A stretch of 63,069 nucleotides of DNA, counting the filler, from Reticulomyxa filosa (lineage: Eukaryota; Protista; Foraminifera), in NCBI GenBank assembly GCA_000512085.1. It is 13 parts of 13 records of this genome, joined end to end, with 100 filler letters (N's around TTAATTAATTAA, not from the genome) between each part and the next. Parts side by side here need not be neighbours in the genome. Positions count along the whole stretch, not along the records: positions 11,661 to 26,748 come from ASPP01010065.1; positions 26,849 to 28,358 come from ASPP01025959.1; positions 28,459 to 44,213 come from ASPP01021236.1; 10 more parts are not named here. One strand, 5' to 3'. The notes under the pieces are model-generated. The model saw nothing but the letters and a program-made list of their open reading frames with translations. It made no database searches and was not told the origin of the DNA. Positions 24,939 through 37,453 of the stretch are shown piece after piece. The stretch's first letter is position 1, and every line of letters starts with the position of its first letter. A program made the position numbers and the translations under genes.

Positions 24939-26712
24939 TTATCGTTCGGGTGCCACTTCTTCGTTGTCAGAAAGATTATTTAAGTCTAGCAAAGACAATT
25001 TCCTTGGAGAAGCATGTGATGAAGGTAAATGCAACTGAAACAATTCGTCATCTGTTTTTGAAAACCGTACGCCTAACATACGAGTATGTATCGATGGACT
25101 TCGACTTGACTGTGAGTTGTATTGCAATCAAATTCAAGGTATTAAACTAGTGAAAAAAAACCGAATATAAAAATATATATATGTGTGTATATAAACGAAA
25201 CTACTTCATCGTCTCTGGCTTGATATAATTTGTCTAAGCGTGATGACTTGCTCTCAAACACGCCCATAGATAGTCTTCTTCCAACGGTGCGAAGTGCGAC
25301 AGTTTCACGCAAGGAAGAAAGTGCGACTTTGGAAATAAGGTTTTGGCGGAATACAGCCACGTGTGGTTAAGCACGTCATCCATAGTTTACGTTTGGCAGG
25401 GTCTTTTTCTAACAATCCTTGAACGAGAGCCTTCCCTTCATCACTCACGTGAACCCAATCGCACTCTTCAAATTTTACTTGGTCGTACACAATTGCCTCT
25501 GCCATTTCCTTGGGCGTTTTGCCCCAAAAGGGTGGCAAGCCGCACAACAATATGTACATTATGACACCAACACTCCAATAATCTACCTGTTCAGTGCAAA
25601 CCACATTTTCCCCCCCCTCCCTCTCATACTCTAGCAATATTCGTAAATGTTTCAAGTTCGAATTGTACCTCCCTCTCATCATTCAAAGTAACAACAAATA
25701 ATTGGCTTGCATTTGTGTATTTGTTTTCTTTATTGCGAGTTATTCCTTGTTATTCTCTCACGTAATTTATATATTTATTGGTAAACTCTGTAGTCATATG
25801 GCTTTTGTTTGAGTATCTCCGGCGCAGTGTATGAAACAGTGCCACACATAGTAATCATAGACCCGGCGTCATACGACAATTTGTCTTCATGATTCATTCG
25901 TCTTTGCTCTTTGCGTTTCATCGCCTCGATTCGGTTTTTCTGATGCTGTTCAAACGGGTTGGACGATTTTTTCGAGATTTTGCCTTTGTGTTTGCGTTTG
26001 CCTTTGTGTTTGCCAGTGCTGTGATCTTCGCCGTTCGACGAGGCGTCAATGCTCGAATTTTTAAGACCCTTGGCAGATTTGTTATCACTGCCTCCCAACG
26101 ATTGGTTGTCTTTTTTGCTCTTATTATTCTTCTCGTGACTGTTACTCAGCCGATGTTTCTCTCGAGCGCTCTGATGAAATTGCAATTGTTCATCCTTATT
26201 TTCATTCTCATTTTCGTCCTCTTCCTTACCCTTGTTATCATTATCATTATCATTGTCATTGTCATTATCATTTTCATTATCATTGTCATTGTCGTTGTCG
26301 TTGTCGTTGTCATCGTCATCATCGTCGTTGTCATTTGCGTCCATGGAGACCTTGGATCTCGTGAATTGCAAAGAAGATAAATTTTTATTGATGTGCCGAG
26401 AACGTAGTTGATTGGATGACTTATTAGTAAGTCTTCGTAATGAGACTCGATCGTGTTTCTGATGGGAATGTACATCTGCAGGATCAAAAACAATTTTCGA
26501 AATACCAAAATCGGCCACTTTGATGGTTTCAATTACCCCTTTTTCCGCCACCAAAATATTTTCCGGTTTCAAGTCGCGATGGACAATACCTTGACTGTGC
26601 ATATACTTTACTGCTTTCGCGATTTGATGAACCATCGGAATCACCTCTTTTTCACAAAACCCATGTCCTTCCAAGCGCACCACACGCTCAAATAATTCAC
26701 CGCCCAAACATC
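24939..26712 (-). CDS. CAMK-group Ser/Thr protein kinase (5' end cut by contig edge) with a very long activation-segment insert
   Basis: [36 protein letters not shown] | [30 protein letters not shown]. Two apparent 1-nt A-run frameshifts lie near 25340-25390. Confidence 0.92.
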
Positions 26713-26748
26713 TGTTCTTTTTTTATATTATATATATATATATATATA

Positions 26749-26848
26749 NNNNNNNNNNNNNNNNNNNNNNNNNNNNNNNNNNNNNNNNNNNNTTAATTAA
26801 TTAANNNNNNNNNNNNNNNNNNNNNNNNNNNNNNNNNNNNNNNNNNNN
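26749..26848. other. Artificial contig linker
   Basis: N44-TTAATTAATTAA-N44. Confidence 0.98.
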
Positions 26849-28358
26849 TTTTATTCTTTTCACCGTTGCATTTTCAATCTCCGAAATGTCTTTACAATTT
26901 GATGTTGGGACAGCGTCTCGTTCGACAACAACTTACCATTGTACATAAGTACACCTTCGATCAAAAAGTCGTGTCCATAAAAAGACTCCACAAAGTGTCT
27001 TCCAATATCGTTGCACTGCTTCTTTTTTTTTTGAAATTTCAAATAAATTTGTGATAGGAACTCCATCAGAACTCACGATATTGGCTCTGCTGTATGAACC
27101 ATCATCGATTTGGCAGTGTTCAAACAAATTGATGCAATGTTGCGGTGTGTAATTTTGAAAAACTAAAGCGACGATAAAGTGTTATGTGACGGCAATTCGC
27201 TGTTTTCGCAACATACAACAAGTGACTCCTTTTCAACAACGATTATCCAATACTGGAGATTGTCCGTCATGTCACATATGTAAAACGTCTCATAGTGATT
27301 CAAGTAGTTCAAATGCTCCTTATCTATCGTTACCTCACGAGCCATTGGCAAGTATTGCTGGATATACTTCAGAGGGTGTTTGCTCTTTGTAAATGTCTTT
27401 CATCGTCAGCCATGTCTCGTAGAAAACTTGCCTTTGCCATAATGGTTTTGAGCGAGTGGTTTATCCAACTTTATTCCAATGCTTTCATTTCTGTATATTT
27501 TATTATTATGTCATTTGTTCGTTTAAATAAACAAAACAAAATTATAAATGATAAATGATAAATGATTATTAAAATAAACCTGTTCGTCCTGCAGCTATTT
27601 CAACACGATCATTTACTTGCAATTTTTCAATCATTTGACTCAATTCCTCCTTTTGCAACTCCTTTTTTTTTTTCTTCCAAAATCTTGAGCTGCTCTTCCA
27701 TGTCAATCATGTTGTTCGTGACTCTTCGTTCAAAAGATAATTCAGGTTCAAATACTTTTAGATTGGAAGGGATCTTCAAAACCTTGCCATTGTCTTGCAA
27801 CTAGAGTACTGCTTTCTATTTTTCGTCCCATTTGTTGAGTTCCACGCCAACAAACTTTTCACCTTTACCAAAGTCAGGAGTGCCAAAGTATCTGACAGTC
27901 TAAAATCCAAATCAGTTCAATCCAAAATGTTCTTACAAAATAATGTGTCTCCAAAAAAAGATCTCAACTCCTTCAAATCCATGCTTCAACACGATAATGC
28001 TGCCCATATCAACAACTCCTTTTGATTCAGCTTTTTCTCGATCTTTACTAACCAATCGTCTTTCCCAGTATATTTGATCACACCTGCAAAAAAAGTCAGC
28101 AGATTGTTTTTTTTAAGCTGTTCAAAATCGATATGCAACTCAACAAAGTGAAAAGTGGAAAAAAGGCATGTGTACATGTATATTATGTATACATATGTAT
28201 ACATAATAAGTAAGATATTTAAAAAACACCTTTTCTGTTGTTAGTAATCAACTCCATTATCAAGACATAGTCACGAGTAGTTGAGTTGTATGCATAACCA
28301 TTATGATTTTCTGCACGATCTTGCACTTGCCAGATCATCGACTGCTGAGTCATATCAT
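26849..28358 (-). CDS. Fragment of an unidentified multi-exon or frameshifted protein gene
   Basis: Several short protein-like minus-strand frames (e.g. 27163-27351, 27986-28204) separated by intron-like AT-rich segments; no family recognised. Confidence 0.3.
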
Positions 28359-28458
28359 NNNNNNNNNNNNNNNNNNNNNNNNNNNNNNNNNNNNNNNNNN
28401 NNTTAATTAATTAANNNNNNNNNNNNNNNNNNNNNNNNNNNNNNNNNNNNNNNNNNNN
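28359..28458. other. Artificial contig linker
   Basis: N44-TTAATTAATTAA-N44. Confidence 0.98.
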
Positions 28459-28488
28459 TTTTTTTTTTTTTTTTTTTTTTTTTTTTAG

Positions 28489-30533
28489 CCAGGGAGCGTT
28501 GGTGGTGGAATGTTTGGCAAGAACTACTCGGAATGGGACGAGACAGATTGGGAAGAAGAGGACGAGTTGGGTGAGGACAATTTGAATGACGAGGCGAAAA
28601 ACGACAAAGGGACAAACCAGTTCAATGACAATGATCGAGAAAAAAAGAAAGACGTGATCAACGATGCTGCACTTGGCGCTGCAAATGGTGGTGCACCATT
28701 GAAGAAGAAACAAAGACGTATTCGTTTTCGTGACGTCTGTGGCAACGACGAAGCCAAAATGGATTTGCAAGATTTGGTGGACTATTTAAAAAACCCACAG
28801 AAATACCAGCAAATGGGATGCAAATTACCCAAAGGTGCACTTTTTTTTTTTTTTTTATAAAAAAAAAAAAAATTCGAATGAGTGGCAAATTGCAATGTGC
28901 ATTTTTTATAACAATGAAAAAAAAAAAAAGGTGTATTGTTAGCAGGACCTCCTGGAACGGGAAAAACGCTGCTCGCAAGAGCATTGGCTGGAGAAGCTGG
29001 TGTTCCTTTCTTTGCGACAAATGGAGCGTCATTTGATGAAATCTTTGTTGGGGTTGGTGTCATGCGTGTCAAAAAGCTGTTTGAAAGAGCAAAAGAAAGG
29101 AGTCCATGCATTGTCTTTATTGATGAAATTGATGCCATTGCCAACACTAGAATGCAAATGGGCACTGCTCATTCCTCAGTTCTTTTTTTTTTTTTTTTTT
29201 TTGAAGTGACACAAATGGAATGAATATCACTATCACGACAACAACAACAACGACAACAACAACAATGAAAAGGATTCATTGAATGCCTTGCTTAGTGAAA
29301 TGGATGGGTTTGAGCAAAATGCTGGCATTGTTGTAATCGCTGCGACCAATATGCCAGATAGACTGGATCATGCATTGGTAAGGCCTGGACGATTTGATCG
29401 CAAAGTTTACATACAGCTACCTGATGCGAAGGCTCGAAGGGATATTACTGCATTGTATCTGAAACACCGTCAGGACCCTGACGTCGATTTAGACTTACTA
29501 GTGTCCGATATTGCCGGCTTTTCTGGTGCTGAGTTGGAATCCATGGTCAATATCGCAAGCATTGAAGCTGTCAAACAATCCAAATCCAAAGTTTATTTTG
29601 CATACACATAAATAAATACGTGTATGTATTAATATGATAAACAAAATTGTGTGAACAAAAATAAAATAATACAAATCAAATAGATCAGCATGGCCAATTT
29701 AATTGAGGCAAAAGAAATAATATCCATGGGAAGAGCCAGAAGCACACAAATGTCCCCGGAAGTGAAACGGGTAACTGCTTATCATGAAAGTGGCCATGCC
29801 ATCGTTTCATTGTTTACCAAAGGATCAAAACCCATTTACAAAGCTACCATACTTCCTCGAGGACCTGCATTAGGATTTGTAGCCTCGTCCAATGCGGATG
29901 AGTATATGTCCACCAAAGAAGGTCTGTTGGCTCAATTAGACATTTGCATGGGTGGACGCGCAAGTGAAGACATTTTTAGTGGATCCTCCAAAGTCACCAC
30001 TGGGGCATCTTCCGACTTTAATCAAGCGACACAAATTGCCACTGCGATGGTATGTCAATACGGAATGAGTCCTAAAGTTGGTCATGTCTATTATTCCGCC
30101 GATCAGATTCCAAAATTGTCTCCTGAGTTGCAAAATTTAATTAACAATGAAGTCAAAAGATTGTTGGATGAAAGTTATCAACGCGCTACACGTCTTATTA
30201 TTGAGTTAAGATCACACTTACATATATATATATCAACAATGGTGCGTTAGAAGCATTAGTATTGAAGAATTTTGTATTTTTTTCACTGTCCATTTATGCT
30301 ATAGCAAAAAAGACAAGTTGGAAATTGTAGCTCAAGAGCTGTTACGAAAAGAAACCCTGTCAGGAGATGAGATCAAAGTTTTGATTGGCTGGGATGATTC
30401 GCAAATGCGAGAACCCACTGATTCTGGTTCGGCCTTTACTCCTTCAATGAAATCTATGAAAGGGTTCAACAGAACCCCTTTCAATTCATTTCAAAGTACA
30501 ATGAATGAAACATATGGGATGGGATATCATTGA
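28489..30533 (+). CDS. FtsH-family ATP-dependent Zn metalloprotease, YME1/i-AAA-like (5' truncated, multi-exon)
   Basis: [11 protein letters not shown]...YLKNP.KY...G.KLPK|[13 protein letters not shown] (Walker A), IVFIDEIDA (Walker B), EMDGF, RPGRFD (SRH), AYHESGHA (HExxH), [24 protein letters not shown]. Confidence 0.95.
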
Positions 30534-31452
30534 AAATGTCGAAAGACTTAAAAAAGCTTTTAAAGTAATTCCAATATTACATAATACAAATAATGGTTTG
30601 TGATTCTATCAAAGTTTTGACCTACTGTTCTTTTAATTGGGTGCGCATGACTGTGAGGGTTTTTTTTTTGGTCCATTTGTAACCAAATGTACACAAACAA
30701 CAAAGTTCTATTCTTTTGATACTTGTTTGATTTGTGTGCTTTGGGTCGCATTGTGTTTTGGTTTTGTATAAAAACAATTGAAAAGAGATGAAGAAATCAC
30801 TAGAATACTTTTGAAGGGAAAAAAAATTATTAATTTCCAATTTTTAAAGCAACTGTGCCCAGTTCCATAAAATTACTCACAATTGCTATTGTTGACATGT
30901 TCATTGCTTTGATTCGTAAATCGGCAGAAAATTGTATTTGTGATTCTAGAAAATCAAATAGCCCATTCAAATTATTAAAAAGCGCTTGAAAGTTTTATTT
31001 CGTTTTACAAAAAGAAAGGTTCCTCCAAAATAACTCTATAAACATTCACATTTTTGTTATGAAAAGCTATTTAAAATTTTCAGTGACACTGACAAATTGT
31101 TAGTTTATTTTTTTGCTTTTGATTGCAGGATTACGTGACATCTGAACAACTCATTTTAAAATAATGTAGAAAAAAAAGAGCACAACAAATCAATGAAATC
31201 AAGGCACCCCAAACAACAATGCAACCTTGAAGAAACACCTTAGAGTCCATTATATGGAGGTTCAATCAAAACAAGGCAAGAGACATTAGAACCAAGACAC
31301 CAGTTTCACTTTGCAAAAAAAAAAACTAATCTCGTTTGTTTCTTCTTTAGTGTTGTTACATCTACCCAAAAAAATGTTGTGCATTTTTTAAATATTTGTT
31401 TTTTGTCATAATTTCATGTAATAATTCCAACTTTATAGGTGAATTTTTGTTT

Positions 31453-34400
31453 TCATTTATAATTCCTTTGAACGTAAGTACTAGTTGAGCGCTTTTGGCA
31501 TGGTGACAATTCATAAGAGCTTGTGCGTGAATCTGTGCCACACTCACCAGTGCAATATTTACATCTACGATAATCTCTTGGACGGTTGCGCCATTGTGAT
31601 TTGGTGAAATCATACTTATGCCGATATTTTCCACATTCAACGCAGCAAACACTATTAGTTCGTCCTGTTGAATGTTGCCAAGCAAAACAAGAGGACAGAA
31701 AAGAGTAAATCATGTTGTTATTTTAGTTTCCAAAAAAAGATTTGAATATATTATAACGCTTTAGACTGTTGCAAGTAGGTGAGGAATTGCAAGATTTAGG
31801 TATTTTTTTATCTGTTGGTTCAAATTGAGTGCTAGATTCTGGTCGAGGACGAATTTTTGCCATTGGAGCTTCACACAAAGCAATAATACCAGATTCATCA
31901 TCCACCAAAGGTACTTGCAACAAGAGCTTGGTAGACTCATCTTGAAGATATTGGGCTTTGTTTGATAGCACTGTGCACAAATTTGAGCTTGAAAACAAGT
32001 AATTCGACAAATGTTTTTTTGTCTTAACAAAAATTTTTACTTTGAGACAAATCTTGAGTTGGAGTTGCTTGTGTTTCTTCTTTGGATTTTGCTCGAATTG
32101 GTGTTTTAAATTCATCCTTTTTTTGTGCGTCAGGTTGTCTTACTGGAGATAGAGCCTTATTGTTTACATCTACTCCATCACTTTTGCTAACATTTGATTG
32201 ACTTTGCGGTGATCTCGAAAGATAATATAGCTGCGATTCATTTCTAGTATCTGTGTGAAAAGATTTATTGTCAATACATTTCGAGGAATCGCTATGTTTA
32301 TCTGGACTGGTTTGTTCCAAAAGGAGAGAAAATCTACTATCTGCTGTGTTGAAACGACCATTATTTAATAAATGATTCTTTGCTAAACGGCTCAATTCTG
32401 GTGTATGTGCTAATTTTCGGTCACATTCAAAATCCTGATCACTCCCATCATTGGCTCGTAGACTTTCATAATATGGTACCGGAGTTCCATCTCTGTTGCA
32501 TGCATTTGCAACGAAATTAGATTGCAGAGTGCAGTTTTCACTCGATGATATATTTTTAAGGCTATTTACGACAGCAGGATGAATTGTATTTCCGCTGGGA
32601 CTATCTGAACGTAAAATATTCTTTGTTGTGTCATCATCTTCTTTGAAAAGTAAATAATTCTGAGAAAAAGAATCTCCTTGCGACATTTCATTGTAGAGTA
32701 AATCAACATGCTGTTGGTCTTCACAGTTGTTAATGAGTTTAAACATGCCCACCTTCTCATTTGCATGTGACTGATGCATTGTGTAGCTCAATATCAATTC
32801 AAGTGTATCTACAGACATTGCACTGACTTGTTTCCACAGAGAATCATTTACGTCCAATGGAAAGTGAGCAGCAACAGTTTGCACAGCAATACGATAAATC
32901 TTACAGCAAGAACAAACAAAACAGAAATAGTCTTTTTTTTTCGATGTTATATTAGTGCAAATCTCTTGCACTGTTGAATAAAATATGAACATCGAGAATA
33001 GATAACTTTGAGTAATTCAAACTGATCTAAAGCTTTTTTCTCTTCGAATAAACTGTCACAAATCGAAAGCACAATTAGCGCGTGTCCAATTGTCAACTTA
33101 GTTAATTGTTCAATATTATTCAATTCCAGCAAAGCTGTTCTATATTGGAATTAAAAGAGTGTTACCAAATATGTTGCATTAATTTCTTCAAAGCTTTTTT
33201 TGACAAATCAAATTACTAAACGTGGCTTTGCTTTTGTTCCCTACGGATAGCTGTTTGATATATACAATAATCAATTGGCCTCCATAATAGATAGCATCAC
33301 TCTCTTGCCTCAGGGCAAAAAGTAGTAAAGTCTTAAAGTCTTTCCATTGGCTCAAATAGACTTCCCAGTGGTGAGAAGGAACTTGCAACAAGTGTACAAG
33401 TGTGTACTGGCAACATTCGTAAGCTAATGACCCATAATTCAATTCATTGGCTTGTTTCAGGAACAGCAAGCAATGGTCAACAGTCAAATAATCTTCAAAT
33501 GCTCGCTGTTTCAATTCACTACAAACAGAACCACGCAAACGTAGTTGACTGGACAACACGCACAGCGGCACAACCGCATCCACATTAATAGTAATACTGC
33601 TTTCATACATGTATTTTATTGCATCAATAAAATATCGTGCAGTCATCTCTTGAGCATCAATTGTTAACTCAAGCAACTGTTACATCCCACAGAATTACAA
33701 TTTTAAAAAAATGAAGTTGCTTCTCCAATTTTTTGGAACTGTCTCAGAAAACAGACAGCTGCACTTTTTATTTTTATTTTGTGTTCAGTCCAAACCTTTG
33801 GGTTTCTCTGGATTTCAGCATGAAGGACTTGTGATCCGCATCTAGCAGCACAAATTACGTTCTGTTCAAAAAACGCATTTTTTCAAGTGCTTAAACACAT
33901 AGGCACAGGCACAAAGAGACATAACTTTATGGGCAAAATAATAACTGGTTCAAAGACCCAACAAACACAGCAAACCAAACAAAAACATATAATCGATTTT
34001 TGGAATTATTATTTGGACAATTTTTTTTAGTCAATCCTTGACTAAACATATCATACCATGTCTTAATTTCACTTCTTTCATTCCATGCTACACGTAAAGT
34101 AATATCACTAGTTTTGTATCACAGAACATATTTATTGTGTTTCAAAATGCAACTTTTTGCTCTTTTTTTTTTCTCCTTTCGGAGTTTATGGAATAAATAG
34201 AGAATATCTTTTTGTGTCTTTTAGTGAACAAGTGAAATAGAGTCTCTGTATAAACATACCATAAATTTTCAGAGCTGTTATAACAAGTGTACATCCCAAC
34301 AATGTTTTCAGTCTTGTGATTCAAACGAGCCACAACAGCTTCATATTCTTGTCGCCACATATCATTGCAATCGTGCTTGAGAGCAATTTCATCATTTGTG

Positions 34401-35206
34401 ATATCACAAACACCACCTTTTTTTTTTGTAGTGTAATAAAAAAAATGTTAAAATAGGAAACACAATACATGTCTTTTATACACATATATTCACACCAGAG
34501 TATTTCACTCCGCTAACAAACACTTGCTTAATTGGATATCTCGCCATTGACAACTTTTGTGCTGTGGACGTTCGAGCTTCGCGTCCGACTTTGGAACCAG
34601 AGGAATAAGCTGTCGGCGCAACATGATCATCCGCAATTGCTGATTGATAATTGGACGCTGGGAAAGAATTTGTATTGTCATTCATGGTTGCATTACCAAA
34701 AAAATAGGGATCAATACCTGTTTGAAATAATTAAAACAACAGCCAAAAAAAAAAAGAAAAGTGTACGTAAGAACTTGCTTGGAACACAAGTATAAGCAAG
34801 CAAACTGAAACCTTTCTTAAGAACACTGTTCCTTTGTTTTTTTGCATCGTTTGGTTTTTCTTGTTTTGTGGTCTCTCCACAAAAAAAAACTTTTTTCTTA
34901 TATGTAAAACGACACCCAATCACCAAACACAAAAAAAAAACAAAAAACAATACCGTTGTAATCTTCATGCGCAAGGGTCCAGTTTAATTCATTTGGATCA
35001 CCAAGTGAGGACTGCTGTCCAATCTTTCCTTCTTGCATTTTTTGTAGAGAATTAACCCCATGTTCTCTTTCACCTGTTTCTCTCGGTGTTCTATTTTTAT
35101 ATGTGACATCTTCGACAGCTGTCGGCTTTCCAATGGGTTCTTTTTGGTGAAATGCATTGGTAAGATCTCGAAGAGGAACTCTCTTTGCACGACGCTCACT
35201 TGTCAT
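31453..35206 (-). CDS. Multi-exon protein: N-terminal D-box, BTB/POZ-BACK, Ser-rich linker, C-terminal Stc1-like C4 zinc finger
   Basis: RVPLRDLTN at 35156-35182. Spliced BTB reads SDITLRV...YYFAHK|NVICAARC...|FIDAIKYMYESSITINVDAVVPL...LTVDHCLLFLKQA. CVEC-x8-FTKSQW-x9-CKYC at 31552-31644. The GT-AG junctions I checked preserve the frame. Confidence 0.72.
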
Positions 35207-36327
35207 ATCTATTTCATATTTTAGTTTTGTGTTTTTGCTTGAAAATACAAAAAGTGAAAGAATAAAAGTTTAGTGTCGATGTTGAAGACAAACTGTATAA
35301 TATGTTAGTCAAAATGTGAGAATTTCAACAACTTTCTGACTGTCAACAATTGTCCAACGAGAAACAGACGACTGTTGACGGTAATCCAAAAACACCTGGT
35401 CAGCGAATTTCACAAAACAAAACAAAGTCAAACAAAATACAAGAGAGAAATTAAGCAATTCTAGGAGGAAAATCAATCGATGACCTGTTAACAAAATCGC
35501 CGAAGAAAATACAAACAAATGTTCGTTCAATTTTGTCCCGTTTGACTCTTTAAAGAAACTTGTCAAAGCTACGGAGAAACGGTGGCTCTTTCTTTTACTT
35601 TCTAAATTAAAAACACAACTATTTTCAAAAAGATTTAAAAGAGCAATAAGTTTTTTTAATGGCCAAAAATGATATAAAGGCTATTAAATGATTAGAAAAT
35701 ATAGAAAACAAAGTTTATTAATTTGCGACGGTGATCTATTAATTGCAATGGTATAAATATATCTCGCAAAAAAAAGAAGAGTTAAGAACTGAGGAGAGTC
35801 TTTGGAAGATTAGATAATTTCTCTTGTAAAAAATTTTAGAAATGAATTTACTTTGCTTTCATAAATATGCAGTTTTAATAAGAATTTAAAAATGTAGCCG
35901 ATAATACATTTCTTGATCTTTTTAGTAAGTTAGAGCCTATTAGTAAACCTTATATCTTGTATAGTGTACCCACTTCAAATGTACTAAGTACGTCAAGTTC
36001 CAGCTTTCACTTATATTGTTTAACAGAAGTTTTAGTTTAAATTTTAGTATTTTAAAAAAAAACAGCTTTGTACACTTGTTATTCTCTCTTATTACTATCT
36101 ACAAACCAATTTTCCTTTAAATACAGTCAGTACAGCGAATTGAACTAAACAAATGCGAGAAACAGCCACGTTTTATCTAGACAATATATTTCCCTTCAAG
36201 GAAACTCGGTCAAATGTCGTAAACTTTTATGTTCTACACATTAATATCCATCCATTGGTTTTTATTGTGCTTGACTTGGGAGAAATTATTTACCAATATT
36301 ATTTGATCTCGAAGTTTATACGAAAAA

Positions 36328-37453
36328 ATGACTTTTTTCCAAGACAACCGTTTGTGGTATCAAAACAAAACAGCCGACAATCTGATAAGTTTCACATTGT
36401 CGGCGCATTTTAAAAGCATGCCATTGGGCACGCAGCATACTTTGATTGCAATGGTGATTAATGGGCAACGAGAAGTGTTTGACACGTACTTGACTCATTG
36501 CGGATTTTCGAGTGATACGAATAAGCGATGCATGCTGTGGGACGAAATAGTGAAGCAAATCAGTTGTAGCGAACCTGAGTACGTCGCCTTTTCCGGTGCC
36601 ACAGAATGCTTTTGTCCAACAGATGACGAAAACGTTTGTCGTACTAATGAAGGCTACTGCAAAACCCTTCAAATTGTAACTAACTTTGTAAGTCAGCTAA
36701 AAAAAGATGAAAAAACAAAGCTGGCGTTACTGGTATCCTGTTGTGACCCTGAAGGTTTTGCAGAGTATTTGGGGACGCAGTTTGAGCTGGGCTTGACAGC
36801 AGAAGAGCAACAATTCATATGGGACGCCGTTGCCCAAACCCTTCCGAGCTCGCCCAGAAAAGCTCACAAATTACAAAGTTACGTATCCGTACCGTTTTTG
36901 ACTTTTTCGGATTAGAAATTTGAAATTTCTTTAGAACTTTCCTTATTTGGAAATTTTTTGTTTGTTTTCAAAAAAAAAAAAAAAAGAGGAAAAATCGGGT
37001 GCAGTGGATTACAGACACTCGTTAGAACTAATACCAGAGGAATATGAAGTGCCTGCACTTGAAGTTGGTGCCGTAGGCGAAAACGATAATTGTGAAGAAG
37101 AACAAAGTAACGCAAATGCGGAAACACAAAAACGCTGTGATTCAGACAGAATCAATGATAAAAAATGGTACCGCCGGCTGATTCATAGAAAGAAAAGATC
37201 AGATGCACCAAATCAAAAAAGCCGTAATGGCCGAAAGAAAAAAATGAACGACCGTTGGTCAGATCATTCCACCATTGCACGTGCTGCAGCAAATAATTCG
37301 ATTGCCTGTGAAAAGAGTCAAACTTATGTGGTTGAATTAAAACCTCCATCTTATTCGCTGTCTGTCAATTTTGCGAAACAAAATAGCAATGATTGTCAGT
37401 CCTGCCAGCGGCATGAGAAGCAAGAGAAAGAAGATATATTCATTTGTGTTTGA
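36328..37453 (+). CDS. Hypothetical protein (2 exons) with two internal ~50-aa helical repeats
   Basis: A 195-aa ORF with normal composition, a GTATCC donor near 36882 and a second exon to 37453; no family recognised. Confidence 0.6.

Noticed and set aside
16681-26712. G-alpha + WD40 ('G-beta') + kinase as a co-located signalling system
   Set aside because: The WD40s lack the G-beta N-terminal coiled coil and belong to an expanded repeat family. Proximity of members of large families is expected by chance in a eukaryote.
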